The position numbers were made by a program, and so were the translations under genes. A stretch of 64,000 bases of DNA. It comes from Octopus sinensis. Lineage: Eukaryota. The stretch spans positions 5,146,001 through 5,210,000 of the forward strand of contig NC_043025.1 of NCBI RefSeq assembly GCF_006345805.1, in the 5' to 3' direction. Positions 12,330 to 26,345 of this stretch are shown here, in pieces. The stretch's first letter is position 1. Each line of letters starts with the position of its first letter. The notes under the pieces were generated by a model. It was not told the origin of the DNA and searched no databases. It was given only the letters and a program-made list of their open reading frames with translations.

Positions 12330-13222
12330 TGCGTATATGTGTGTTTGTGTGTGTGTTTGTCCCCCTCCCAACATCGCTTGACAACCGATGCTGGTGTGTT
12401 TACGGGCCCCATAACTTAGCGGTTCGGCAAAAGAGACCGATCGAATAAGTACTAGTCTAACAAAGAATAAGTCCCGGGGTCGATTTGTTCGACTAAAGGC
12501 GGTGCTCCAGCATGACCGCAGTCAAATGACTGAGACAAGTAAAAAAAAAAAATTAAAGGACATACGTGGCTGTGTGGTAAGTTGCTTGCTTACCAACCAC
12601 ATGGTTCCGGGTTCAGTCCCACTGCGTGGCATCTTGGGCAAGTGTCTTTTGCTATAGCACCAGGCCGACCAATGCCATGTGAGTGGATTTGGTAGACGGA
12701 AACTGAAAGAAACCTGTCGTATATATGTATTTTTTGTTTGTTTTGTTTGTTTTTCCAGTTTCAGCTCTTGAGCTGTGGCCATGCTGGGGCACCGCCATTG
12801 TGGTGAAAGAGTACAGCAGGGATCACCACCCCCTGCCGGAGCCTCGTAGAGCTTTTTAGGTGTTTTTTCGCTCAATAAACACACACAACGCCCGGTCTGA
12901 GAATATATATATATGTATATATATATATGATGATGATGATGATGATGTATATATATATGTATATGCATATATATATGTATATGTATATATGTATATGTAT
13001 ATATGTATATGTATGTATATATATGTATATATGTGTGTATGTGTGTGTATATGTTTGTGTGTCTGTGTTTGTCCCCCTAGCATCGCTTGACAACCAATGC
13101 TGGTGTGTTTATGTCCCCGTCACTTAGCGGTTCAGCAAAAGAGACCGATTGAATAAGTACTGGGCTAACAAAGAATAGGTCCCGGGGTCGATTTGCTCGA
13201 CTGAAACGAGTAAAAGAGTAAA
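12330..13222 (+). mobile_element. Cluster of SINE-A halves with a nested SINE-C fragment (12795-12900, minus strand)
   Basis: Matches to family A and C sequences elsewhere in the window. Confidence 0.75.
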
Positions 13223-13238
13223 GCGTATATATATACAT

Positions 13239-13310
<72 letters not shown>

Positions 13311-14342
13311 GTTCATATTTAGATCGGTATGGTATATGTGTAGAGTTGAAGCAAAATATGAAATGATGCACACACTCACAGAGGCCCACAGAATTTATAT
13401 TTGGATGCCTCGCAAAGCATATGTGCAATATTAAATTCAAAAACATATGTATGCATGCATGTCTATCTATGTGTGTGTGTGTGTCTATTTGTCCTACTTA
13501 TCAGTCACAGCTTCATCTCTGCCTGAGATTTCTTCCTTCCATCCCCTCTCCTATCCCGACCACCCCCTAAAACTTATGTCTGTCTCGCTCCCTTCACTCT
13601 CTCCTCACTCATATATATATATATATAGAGACACACACACAAATGCATGGGCGCGCATCCCCACCCCGCACCGTTCCTGGGGCCCCCATAATCTCTACTG
13701 ACCCAGCCACCCCCCTCCACCGTCACCTGCCATTATGTCTCCTCTCTTCAGCCTATCTATCTCTGTATCATCTATTTTCCCCCTCTCCGCCCCCCCCACA
13801 CACACATCTCTTTATCACTTCTAATTTTGAACCCTCCCCGCCCCCTGCTCTGCTGCATGTGTCTCCCCCACCTCCAGCGCAACCCTCAAACCACCCCTCC
13901 CCCCACCTTTCGCTCCTGTTACTCCTGGGATCTGATCTATTGCACCAACATCCCCCCCCTTCATCGCAGCTCCTATATGATCTATCCCCACCCCCTCCGT
14001 CTCCCCGCAACGATCACCCCCATTGCACCCACCCTACCAAATTCCCAGTTCCCCCAGAAGATGTTAAACAACTTCAAAAACTCAACCATAAATATATAAA
14101 GCCATACAGACACAGTTATGCTTTTATATTTATAACTATCTGTGTCTGTCTATTAAGCTATTCGTCTGTCTGTCTGTTTTACGTGGCTGCCTTTCTCTCT
14201 ATCTGTCTCTCTGTATCCATCTATTTATCTATCTACTCATCTTTCTATCCCTATATCTCAGTGTATGTATGTATGTATGTATCTCACTTAGTTTCTAGCT
14301 ATCTGCCTATCTATCTAACTCTCTCTCTCTTTTCTCTCTCTC

Positions 14343-14393
<51 letters not shown>

Positions 14394-14694
14394 GCAGCCA
14401 TCTGGTTCACCAGTCCTCAGTCAAATCGTCCAACCCATGCTAGCATGGAAAGTGTACGTAAATGATGATGATGATATATATATATATATATTATATATAT
14501 ATATATATATATGCCTCTCTCTCTGTATATGTATGTATGTGTGCATATATATATATTATATATATATATATAAAATCATGATCATCATTTAACATCTGCT
14601 TTCCATGCTGGCATGGGTTAGACGGTATATATATATATATATGTATATAATATATATATGTATATTTATATATATATATATATATATGTATGTA

Positions 14695-14830
14695 GTTGAA
14701 ATTACAGAAAAACAAAAAGGCGAAGACAGGTGTATAAACAACAAACAGGTGTATAAATTAAACGCTTGGGAAGGTGAGAAAGTCTTTTACGTTTCGAGCC
14801 TATGCTCTTCAGCAGAAAAGAACACAATCA
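14695..14830 (-). mobile_element. Penelope-like terminal fragment with degenerate minimal HHR
   Basis: Minus strand TCTTTT-CTGCTGA-A-GAGC atag GCTC-GAAA-CG-TA^AAAGA. Homologous to 6003-6165. Confidence 0.5.
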
Positions 14831-15163
14831 AATAACTTTTAGAGCTAGCAGTCAATCAGGGTGGCACACCTGCCTGCGTGTGTGTGCAAGCATGTGTAGA
14901 CACACTTATATATCATCATCATCTACTGGCCACTTTCCATGCTAGCATGGGTTAGACAGTTTGACATACATACACACTCACATACACATACGTTTTATAT
15001 CTCTATATATTTCCGATAGGAAAGCCTTCTTTTTTTGTCGAGGTCTTATATGCCCCTTTATTAGACTATTTTTCTGAGTCATTGCATGAGGATCCCCATA
15101 AGCTTTATTAAGCTTATATAAAAATACTATTATTAATATATATATATATAATATATATATATA

Positions 15164-15553
15164 GGCGCAGGAGTGGCTGTGTGGTAAGTAGCTTGTTTAC
15201 CAACCACATGGTTCCGGGTTCAGTCCCACTGCGTGGCACCTTGGGCAAGTGTCTTCTACTATAGCCTCGGGCCGACCAAAGCCGTGTGAGTGGATTTGGT
15301 AGATGGAAACTGAAAGAAGCCCGTCGTATATATGTATATATATATATGCGTGTGTGTGTGTGTGTGTTTGTCCCCTAGCATTGCTTGACAACGATGCTGG
15401 TGTGTTTACGTCCCCGTCACCTAGCGGTTCGGCAAAAGAGTCTGATAGAATAAGTACTGGGCTTACAAAAGAATAAGTCCGGGGTTCGATCTGCTCGATT
15501 AAAGGCGGTGCTCCAGCATGGTCGCAGTCAAATGACTGAAACAAGTAAAAGAG
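15164..15553 (+). mobile_element. SINE family A (tRNA-derived, internal TA/TG microsatellite), full length
   Basis: A box TGGCTGTGTGG, B box GGTTCAGTCCC, body ccttgggcaagtgtct..., tail gactgaaacaagtaaaagag. More than 20 copies or fragments occur in the window. Confidence 0.9.
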
Positions 15554-15575
15554 TATATATACATATATATATATA

Positions 15576-15608
<33 letters not shown>

Positions 15609-15697
15609 TATATATACATAATACACAAATACACAAATTGCTGATTAATATGTATAAACATGCAATTATTGTCTATGTGGGCTTCCATAATTTTGTT

Positions 15698-15751
<54 letters not shown>

Positions 15752-15914
15752 TATATATATTATAGGTAAACAGTAAAAATAATTACAGACATGGACAAGA
15801 ACCATGAAACACCACAGAGACGACACAAGAACCACAGGACGGGACATTCGAAGCCCTCAGTCATCAGTCAAGAACCAGATCATCTTAGCAATTTCGGCTG
15901 ATTAATATATATAC

Positions 15915-15947
<33 letters not shown>

Positions 15948-17086
15948 ATAAAATCTTTCCCCTCCAACCACCTCTGCATCAGCAGAGATAGGAAAACTAG
16001 TACACATTTCACCACTAGAGGGCTCTGCTATCTCCTGTTTTTCCCCTCTCTCCCCCTCATTCTCCATCTCCTCGATTCTCTCCTCTTACCACCACCACCA
16101 CCAACTGTAACCCCCCCCCCTTCTCCGGAGGGTACCTGCTGGAAATAGCAGCAAAGTTACTCCTCCGCATTGTATCGATGTACCCACTAGTTATTCCGGT
16201 GAGGGGGGGGGGGTACACAATAAAGTTGGGATGGTCACTGCTGGAATGTCTGACTCGTGGTTTAAACAGCAACAATTGCCATTCGGATATAATATAATCG
16301 TGATGAAGCAGGAACGAGGGGAGGGCGATCCGGGGGGGGGGGGGTCCTGTCCCCCACCCCTTTACCCAGAAGCCTTTCCCTCTTTGTTTTTCTTTTAACT
16401 TCCATCTTTGATTAGATTCTGCTGAGTGGAGTGAGAGTGGAGTGGAGAGGAGTGGAGTGTAGGAAGCTTAAGGAGGAGGAGGTTGAGGGTGTGTTGAGAA
16501 TATGGTCTGGCAATGGTGGGAGTGCAGCGGCGGGGTGGGGGTTGGGTGCAGAAGGGAAGGGAACATCATCATCATCATCATCATCATCATCGGCCATCAT
16601 TGTTGTCATCGTCATTGTCATCGTAAGAGAAAAATCTGTTTGAAATTCAATCTGGTAGGAAACCCTGAGAGAGAGAGAGAGAGAGAGAGAAAGAGATAGA
16701 GAAGGCGGGGAGGGCAGACAGGCAGGCAGACAAGAAAGTAAAGTGAAGCTTTAGACATCAATACACACACACACACACGTTTACACATACACTTATGTAT
16801 GCGTTTACATATATATATATATATATATTACATATATATACACATATATATATATACACATATATACACACACACACATACACACGTTTACACATATACT
16901 TATGTATGCGTTTACATAATATATATATACATATACATATATATATACATATATACACACACACATGTTTACACATACTTATGTATGTGTTTATATATAC
17001 ACATACACACACACCCCTTTACACATATACTTATGTATGTGTTTATATGTATATATACATGTGTGTGTTTGTGGGTGTATATATAC

Positions 17087-17127
<41 letters not shown>

Positions 17128-17688
17128 GATATGTAAAATGAGTGAGAGAGAGAGAGAATGAAAGAGAAGAGCGAGAGGTGGGGAGGGCCCTGTGTGACTG
17201 ACTGACTGACATCTGCAATTCATATGATAAGAGAATTAATTAGAAAAAAAAAGAAAAACTCTGGAAGACAAGAATCAACAATTACAACAACAGCAACAAT
17301 AATAAGCACAATAACAAATGAAAGGACACCTAGAAAGAAATTATAAGAACGGTGGAGGCGGCGGTGGTGGTGGTGGCCGTGGGGGGAGTGGATGGAATTC
17401 TGTGATGATGTCGGTGGTGTTGGCGGTGGCAACATTATTTCTATTGTGCTATGATGATGTATAGATATTTTGTGCTGTGTGTGTGTGTGTGTGATTGTAT
17501 GTGTGTATGATTGTGTGTGTGTGTGTGGTTGTGTATATATACTCTTTTACTTGTTTCAGTCATTTGACTGCGGCCATGCTGGAGCACCGCCTTTACTGTT
17601 GATAGATTAAAAAAATATATTGTGTCTGAATGTGTGTGTGTGTGTGTGTGTGCGATTTGGTTGTTTTGTACATATATGTATGTGTATA

Positions 17689-17724
<36 letters not shown>

Positions 17725-18171
17725 ATTGTGTGTGTGTGTGTGAGATTTGTTTTTTTTGTACATATGTATGTGTATATGTGAGAGTGTGTGTGTGTATATG
17801 TGTATTTTGTGCTGTGTGTGTGTGTGATTGTGTGTGTGTGTGTGTGAGTTTTGTTGTTTTTTTGTACATATGTATGTGTATATGTGAGAGAGAGAGTGTG
17901 TGTGTGTGTATATGTGTGCATGTGCATATACATGTGTGCATGTGTGTATATATATATATATATCAGTTTATATAGTATATCTGTGGTTGTATTGTTTCTT
18001 AGTACATATATGTAAATAGATACGTGTGTGTGTGTGTGTGTGTGTGTGTGTAGGCATTTGGAGTTAGGCAAGACATAGGGAGAGATGAATGAAGAACGAA
18101 AAGGACTAGCAAATCAACACACACAATAACGGTTAATTATTATTATTAATAATATTATTATTATTATTATG

Positions 18172-18219
<48 letters not shown>

Positions 18220-19142
18220 CATTGTTTTTGTTATTGTTATCATCATCATCAGTGTTGGTGTTTTGCTTAAACATCCCCTCCTCCTCCTCCTCCTTCTCCT
18301 CAGCCACTACCACCCCTCCCGTCTCCACCCCCTCACCTCCAACTGTCTACTTCAGTATATATATATTTTCCTTATTTTCTTCCCTCCTTTACTTATTACT
18401 AAGTTGACCTCCCGCCCACCCCCACTTCACTACCACTACCACTATAGTCAGCAACCTCCTCTGCCTTCTCCTCTATTTCTACTTCAGATATATATATATA
18501 TATGGTGTGTTTGTGTGTATGTATGTTTGTTTGCTTCATCTTTTTTCAATTGTCTTTCATCTCTTCTTCTTCTTGCTTCTTTGTTTCTTCTACTTTTTAT
18601 CATTTTGTTTCTTCTTTCGGGGGGGGGGGGGGGGGCTTTGTTTTCTTTCTTTTTATTCTCTTCCTCTTTCCCTACACAACTTTTCTCCTCACTTCCTTCT
18701 TCCCCCCCTATCTCTTTCTCCCCACCTTTTCGCCTATCTTTCTCCTCCATCTCATAACACAATGCATGATAGCTGCATCATCTCTCTATGGGAAGAAGAA
18801 AGCACAACAAGGAAATTGATGAACTGGCTAACACAGTGTCAAGTCCAGCCCCTGACTGACCCCATTACTCACTCACCCCTTTCGTCAGTATCATTGCCCC
18901 CCCCCCCGCCAATATCCAGGGTGGATCATCACAACTTTCTAAGATACAGAATACAGGATAACCTTCAACAGGCTGCAGAACAATGTAGACTGGGGCCCTA
19001 AAAGTGTCTTCTTATTTTTAAAGCCTAGCACTTATTCTATCGGGCCCTTTTTGCTGAACTGCTAAGTTATGAGGATGTAACTACACTAACACCGGTTGTC
19101 AAACCATAGTGGGGGGACAGGCATACACACACACACACGCGC

Positions 19143-19265
19143 GCATGGTTCCGGGTTCAGTCCCACTGCGTGGCATCTTGGGCAAGTGTCTTCTGCTATA
19201 GCCTCGGGCCGACCAATGCCTTGTGAGTGGATTTAATAGACGGAAACTGAAAGAAGCCTGTCATA

Positions 19266-19304
<39 letters not shown>

Positions 19305-19745
19305 TTGTGTGTCTGTGTTTGTCCCCCTAGCATTGCTTGACAACCGATGCTGGTGTGTTTACGTCCCCGTCACTTAGCGGTTCGGCAAAAGAGACCGATA
19401 GAATAAGTACTGGGCTTACAAAAAAAATAAGTCCCGGGGTCGATGTGCTCAACTAAAGGCGGTGCTCCAGCATGGCCGCAGTCAAATGACTGAAACAAGT
19501 AAAAGAGTAATAAGAGAGAGTATATAGAATGTGTTTGTGTGTGTGTCTTGTGTCTGTTTGTCCCCTCCACCACCTCCACTCGATAACTGGTGTTGGTGTG
19601 TTTACATCCCTGTAACATAGTAAGTTTAGCAACAGAATTTGATAGAACAAGCTAGCACCTGGCTTCGAAAAAAAAAAAAGGTACCAGAGGCAATGCCCCA
19701 GTATGGCCGCAGTCAAATGACTGAAACAAGTAAAGGATAAAAGAG
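19143..19745 (+). mobile_element. SINE family A copy plus a second 3' half
   Basis: Matches 15164-15553. Confidence 0.8.
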
Positions 19746-20242
19746 ACAGACAGACAGACTCACACACTGTGCTTTTGTCTTTTACTCAGACAAGAATTCC
19801 AACTTGCAGCATCTTGTTTTCTCATTAAAGGACCACTTCCTCCCACATCTCGACGCCCCGTCCCCAACCCCCCCCCCTCTTTGCAAGCATCTTACTTGCT
19901 GCTCCTCTCTATCAGACATTCAGCTCCCAGCCACCCTCCACCCCCCCCAACAACGCCACCTATACTGTAACAGAAATAATGATTGGAAGTTGGGGAATAA
20001 CTGACAGTGATGTTGTTATCGTTATTGTTGTTGTTCGTTTAAACACCAACATGTGATGTTAATTATTGTGATTGAGGCTTTTGTTCTTCCTCTTGTTGTT
20101 GTTGTTTAACCCTTTAGTGTTCGCACTATTCTACCAAAATTAATGCTTCTTCATCCACATTGTTTTGAACTAATCATTCATTAATCTTGTAGCCATGAGA
20201 TTTTGACGAGGTAGCTGTTAATTTTTAAAACGATGTTGTAGG

Positions 20243-20662
20243 GTTAGTTAGTTAGTTAGTTAGTTAATTTTCTGGCTCAAAAAGCAAAAAGCAAGGCCAT
20301 GTAGGGGGACATGGAGTTATGTAGAGGGAGGGTGGTCATACAAAGAGTTCAGGCCATTTCTGGTCAAGAGAGACTTTGAACCGAGCGGTCGTCGACATCT
20401 TCACCATCTCGTCCGGCAGCTTATTCCACGGATCCGTGTGTGTATATATCTATGTGTGTGTGTGTGTTGTTAGTTAGTTAATTTTTGGGCTCTAAAAGCA
20501 AAAAGCAAGGCCATGTAGGGGGACAAGGAGTTATGTAGAGGGAGGGTGGTCATACAAAGAGTTCAGGCCATTTCTGGTCAAGAGAGACTTTGAACCGAGC
20601 GGTCGTCAGCATCTTCACCATCTCATCCGGCAGCTTATTCCACGGATCCGTGTATGTGTATA

Positions 20663-20693
<31 letters not shown>

Positions 20694-20847
20694 TAGTTAG
20701 TTAATTTTTGGCTCTAAAAGCAAAAAGCAAGGCCATGTAGGGGGACAAGGAGTTATGTACAGGGTGGTGTTCATGTAAAGAGTTCAGGCCACTTGAGGTC
20801 AAGGGAGACTTTGAACGGAGCGGTCGTCGGCATCTTCACCATCTCGG
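20243..20847 (-). mobile_element. CR1-type LINE 3'-end units, three tandem copies
   Basis: Same unit as 11225-11410. The complete copies end at ccacggatccgtg followed by (TG)n. Confidence 0.78.
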
Positions 20848-22297
20848 CCGACAGGCGGACTCGTCCCACGTATGACAGCAGCTGTTCCGGCATAAGCCCA
20901 CAGGCCCGAAATGGCTGGACACTGCACGAATGCATGCAGAACAGTTTCGATGCTCTGACCGCATCTCGGTCAAGTCAGTCTGTCGTGTCTCGAACTGGAG
21001 TATTTGGCTTAAGAACACAATGCACTGCCAGTCTGAGAATTGAAACTGCGATCTTGAGGTTGTGAGCGGAACACACTAACCACTAGGCCACAGGTCTTCA
21101 CTTGTATACACACGGCACTGGCACTCTATGTGTGTGTGTCTTCCTCTCTCACTCGTTCTTCCCTCCCATCTTCCGACCATCTCCCACCACCACCACCTTC
21201 ACCCTTCTCCCCTTGTGATATCCTAAGCTATAAAATATCTTCTATCTTCCAATTAAAGAAAACAAGACTGCATTTCCATTGTCACACCTTTTCTCTCCCC
21301 CACCCCCACCACCCCCTCCCTCTCACCACTAATCTACCTCCCACCACACTCCCACATCTCTGCTCCCCTCCCCCGCCTCGCCCCCACCCTTACATGTCTA
21401 AACATATTGACAGTGATTAAACTGTTCCCAATTCGCTCCCTACCATGCCCTGCCCACGTCCACCTCGTAACATACTTTTTGTGACCCTTCTTCAATGTTG
21501 TGGTCAGCGCTCAGCGCTAGTGAATGCGGGAGGGGGTGGGGTGGGAGAGATTAGTGTGTGTGTGTGTGTGTGTATGCAACGAACGTGTGTATGTGTGTTT
21601 GGCTTGCGATGTATGCATGTATGCGTGAGAGTGAATGAGTGTGCGCGTTTGCAAGAGAGACAGTGTGTGTGTGTGTGGTTATGTGTGTATGATTGTGAAT
21701 GTGTGTGTGTGTGTGAGCGAATGAGTGCGAGGGTGTGTGTGAATGTGTGTGTGAGCGAATGACTGCGAGGGTGTGTGTGAATATGCGTATCTGAGTGTGT
21801 ATGAGTGAATGTATGTGAGGGTGTGTGTATGTATGTGTATGTGTGTGTGTGTGGTGTGTGTGTGTGTATGAGAGAGAGTGAGGGTGTGTGTTTCAAAGAC
21901 AACTGTCAGAGCTGGAGAAGTGAAGGAAGCAGTTTCAAGTCTCAGCTAAAGCCAGTGATTTTTATAGTAGCAGTTTTTATTGTGTTTTGTATCCGTCTTT
22001 GCAAGTGATGGTCATGGCACTTGCGGTGTTGTGGTGATGGCTAATGTTGCAGTTGTAGTTTTGGCTGTTGTGGTGACTGCTGAGTGGTGACGAGGATTGT
22101 TGTAGTAGTAGTAGTGGTGGCTTGCAGTGTTGGTTGTAGTACACTAGGAATGTTGAACCTAGAATGTGGGGTACATTTGTGACATGTAGAGGGTACACTG
22201 TATATTGTTATGAGGTACAATTGTAGATTGTAAATTTCTGACTTGTAGAAGGTACACTTCAAGCTTGACTGTGGTGGAGAGCTTGTTGTAGATTTTA

Positions 22298-23996
22298 TAT
22301 TTGTGGATTATAGAGAGGGTACACTTGTGGATTATAGAGAGGGTACACTTGTGGATTATAGAAAGGGTACGTTTGTGGATTATAGAAAGGGTACGTTTGT
22401 GGATTATGGAGAGGGTACATTTGTGGATTATAGAGAGGGTACACTTGTGGATTATAAAAAGGGTACACTTGTGGATTATAGAGAGGGTACACTTGTGGAT
22501 TATAGAGAGGGTACACTTGTGGATTATAGAAAGGGTACGTTTGTGGATTATAGAAAGGGTACGTTTGTGGATTATGGAGAGGGTACATTTGTGGATTATA
22601 GAGAGGGTACACTTGTGGATTATAAAAAGGGTACACTTGTGGATTATAGAGAGGGTACACTTGTGGATTATAGAGAGGGTACACTTGTGGATTATAGAAA
22701 GGGTACGTTTGTGGATTATGGAGAGGGTACATTTGTGGATTATAGAGAGGGTACACTTGTGGATTATAAAAAGGGTACACTTGTGGATTATAGAGAGGGC
22801 ACACTTGTGTATTATAGAGAGGGAACACTTGTGGATTATCGAGAGGGTACACTTGTGGATTATAGAGTGGCACACTTGTGGATTATAGATAGGGTACACT
22901 TGTGAATTATAGAGAGGGTACACTTGTGGATTATAGATACGGTACACTTGTGGATTATAGAGAGGGCACACTTGTGTATTATAGAGAGGGTATGCTTGTG
23001 GATTATAGAGAGGGTACACTTGTGGATTATAGAAAGGGTACACTTGTGAATTATAGAGAGGGTACACTTGTGGATTATAGAAAGGGTACACTTGTGGATT
23101 ATAGAGAGGGCACTCTTGTGGATTGTAGATAGGGTACACTTGTGGATTATAGAGAGGGTACACTTGTGTATTATAGAGAGGGTACACTTGTGGATTATAG
23201 ATACGGTACACTTGTGGATTATAGAGAGGGTACACTTGTGGATTATAGAAAGGGTACACTTGTGGATTATAGAGAGGGTACACTTGTGGATTATAGAAAG
23301 GGTACACTTGTGGATTATAGAGAGGGAACACTTGTGGATTATAGAGAGGGTACACTTGTGGATTATAGAGAGGGAACACTTGTGGATTATAGAGAGGGTA
23401 CACTTGTGGATTATAGATACGGTACACTTGTGGATTATAGAGAGGGTACACTTGTGGATTATAGAAAGGGTACACTTGTGGATTATAGAGAGGGTACACT
23501 TGTGGATTATAGAAAGGGTACACTTGTGGATTATAGAGAGGGTACACTTGTGGATTATTGAAAGGGTACACTTGTGGATTATAGAGAGGGAACACTTGTG
23601 GATTATAGAGAGGGTACACTTGTGGATTATAGATACGGTACACTTGTGGATTATAGAGAGGGTACACTTGTGGATTATAGAAAGGGTACACTTGTGGATT
23701 ATAGAGAGGGTACACTTGTGTATTATAGAGAGGGTATGCTTGTGGATTATAGAGAGGGTACACTTGTGGATTATAGAAAGGGTACACTTGTGAATTATAG
23801 AGAGGGTACACTTGTGGATTGTAGATAGGGTACACTTGTGGATTATAGAGAGGGTACACTTGTGGATTATAGAAAGGGTACACTTGTGGATTATAGAGAG
23901 GGTACACTTTTGGATTATAGAAAGGGTACACTTGTGGATTATAGAGAGAGCACACTTGTGGATTATAGAAAGGGTACACTTGTGGATTATAGAGAG
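22298..23996. repeat. 24-bp minisatellite (TTGTGGATTATAGAGAGGGTACAC), about 70 units with higher-order structure
   Basis: Directly visible. A single 23-bp unit near 22853-22875 separates two sub-arrays with different variant sets. Degenerate units lie at 22130-22297. Confidence 0.95.
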
Positions 23997-24000
23997 TGAG

Positions 24001-24352
24001 TGGAGGCACAATGGCCCAGTGATTATTGGATCACAGTTTCGATTCCCGATTGAGTGTTTATTGAGCGAAAACACCTAAAAGCTCCACGAGGCTCCGGCAG
24101 GGGATGGTGGTGAACGCTGCTGTACTCTTTCACCACAACTTTCTCTCACTCTTTCTTCCTGTTTCTGTTGTACCTGTATTTCAAAGGGCCAGCCTTGTCA
24201 CACTTTGTGTCACAATGAATCTCCCCGAGAACTAAGTTAAGAGTACACATGTCTGTGGAGTGCTCAGCCACTTTTACGTTGATTTCACAAGCAGGCTGTG
24301 CTGTTGATCGGATCATCTGAAACCCTCATCATTGTAACCGACAGAGCGCCAT
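24001..24352 (+). mobile_element. SINE family C (tRNA-derived) inserted at the end of the 24-bp array
   Basis: ggaggcacaatggcccagtg...gtttcgattcccg. The array motif acacttgtgaatt resumes at about 24354. Confidence 0.8.
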
Positions 24353-24583
24353 GACACTTGTGAATTGTAATAATGGTTTCAGATTTTGACACAAGGCCAC
24401 CAACTTTCAGGGGAGGGTGTAAGTAAATTACTTATCCCCAGTATTCAGCGGGTATCTAATTTATCAACTCCGAAAAGGCGAAAGGCAAAGTTGACCTCAG
24501 TGGAATTTGAACTCAGAATGTAAAGATTGGCAAAATGCTTAGAAGCATTTTGCCTAGCGTTGCTGACAATTTTGTTTTATACA

Positions 24584-24729
24584 TGTGGTAAGTAGCTTGC
24601 TAACCAACCACATGGTTCCAGGTTCAGTCCCACTGCATGACATCTTGGGCAAGTGTCTTCTGCTATAGCCCCGGGCCGACCAATGCCTTGTGAGTGGATT
24701 TGGTAGACGGAAACTGAAAGAAGCCTGTC

Positions 24730-24781
<52 letters not shown>

Positions 24782-25001
24782 GTATGTGTGTGTATATGTT
24801 TGTGTGTCTGTGTTTGTCCCCCTAGCATTGCTTGACAACCGATGCTGGTGTGTTTACGTCCCCGTCACTTAGCGGTTCAGCAAAAGAGACCGATAGAATA
24901 AGTACTGGGCTTACAAAAGAATAAGTCCTGGGGTCGAGTTGCTCGACTAAAGGTGGTGCTCCAGCATGGCCACAGTCAAATGACTGAACCAAGTAAAAGA
25001 G
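24584..25001 (+). mobile_element. SINE family A
   Basis: Matches 15164-15553. Confidence 0.85.
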
Positions 25002-25921
25002 TTCTTTTAATTTGAAACGCTGATAGTTAGGTTTGATTTGGCGGCAGTAGAGGTGGTCGTGGTGATGCGTTGTAGCGGCGTTGCTGTGTACTGAATATTT
25101 GTGTAGAGGCGGTGGCGGTGGTGGTATTAGTGTTGGTGGTGATTGTGTTTGTGTTGTAGTAGTGTTGTCGTCGTGTGTTTATCGTAGGTGACGTCGTATC
25201 GGTAGCGGTGTGGTGTTCGTGTTGGTGGTTGCTTAGCGTTGTGGTAGTGGACTGGTTTACGGCGCCGCGAGAATAGGAGTGTACGGAGCAGAGCACGTGT
25301 TCACACAGGCAGATGCACATGCAGGCGAGTGGGACTTTTATCGAGAGGAAGTAGAAAGGCTGCACTCACACTCGCACTCACAGCGATCAAGAGTGAGACA
25401 TAAGCTAAACTCCATGCCCTTCCTTCCCTCCCGCCCTCCTTCCGCCTCCCCTCCATCTTCATTAACTTCCACTTTATCTATCTGATCATTAAACTGTGGA
25501 ATGGAATGTACAACTTGACAATCCTAAAAATTGGTGATGGTGGTGGTGGCCGCTGTAACGGGGGGGGGGGGCTGGTGGTGGTGGTGGTGGTGGTGGTGGT
25601 AGTGTTTAGCCTTCGTTCAATCCTGATCAGGCAGACCTGTATTTGATAGTGTTGGTAGTGGCAGTGGTGGTGGTGGTAGTGGTGGTGATGGCAGTGGTGG
25701 TGGTGGTGATGGCAGTGATGGAATTTTCTCTCTCTTCTGGACATTTTGGGGGTTTTTTTTTGTTGTTTTGTTTTTTTTTTTACTTTTTCTCTACTTCCTC
25801 TGACTTCTTAAGTGTGTGTCTGTCTGTCTGTCTGTGTGTGTGTGTATGGGCATGTCCCTCCTTCCCCCTGCCTCTTCCATTGAAAAGTTCTTCAAAAAAA
25901 GAGTTACAAAGTGAGAGAAAG

Positions 25922-26345
25922 AGGTGGTGGTAGTGGTGGTAGTGGTGGTGGTAGTGGTGGTAGTGGTGGTGGTAGTGGTGGTGGTGGTAGTGGTGGTGGT
26001 GGTGGTGGTGGTAGTGGTGGTGGTAGTGGTGATGGTGGTAGTGGCGGTTGTAGTAGTGGTGGTAGTGGTGGTGGTGGTGGTAGTAGTGGTGGTGATGGTG
26101 GTAGTGGCGGTTGTAGTAGTGGTGGTGGTGGTAGTAGTGGTGATGGTGGTAGTGGCGGTTGTAGTAGTGGTGGTGGTGGTGGTAGTGGCGGTTGTAGTAG
26201 TGGTGGTGGTGGTAGTAGTGGTGGTGGTGGTGGTAGTGGCGGTTGTAGTAGTGGTGGTGGTGGTAGTGGTGATGGTGGTAGTGGCGGTTGTAGTAGTGGT
26301 GGTGGTGGTGGTGGTGGTGGTAGTAGTGGTAGTGGTGGTGGTGGC
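25922..26345. repeat. (GGT/AGT)n trinucleotide tract
   Basis: Directly visible. A similar tract lies at 44980-45215. Confidence 0.9.

Noticed and set aside
15164-15240. Functional tRNA genes at SINE heads
   Set aside because: A and B boxes are present but there is no complete cloverleaf, and the sequence continues into SINE bodies.
15845-15900. HHR candidate on the minus strand (CTGATGA...CGAATGTC and a separate CAGCCGAAA)
   Set aside because: No GAAA core with pairing stems could be assembled; at most a relic.
18750-19001. Possible CUX N-terminal exon (KEIDELANTV-like peptide)
   Set aside because: No suitable splice sites, an early stop, and similarity too weak.
22298-23996. CRISPR-like array (also considered for 43565-44115)
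   Set aside because: Units are contiguous with no unique spacers, there are no cas genes, and the context is eukaryotic.
22159-24009. 616-aa ORF and overlapping 200-400 aa ORFs
   Set aside because: Translation of a stop-free 24-bp minisatellite. The frame switches peptide midway and the start lies in a SINE.
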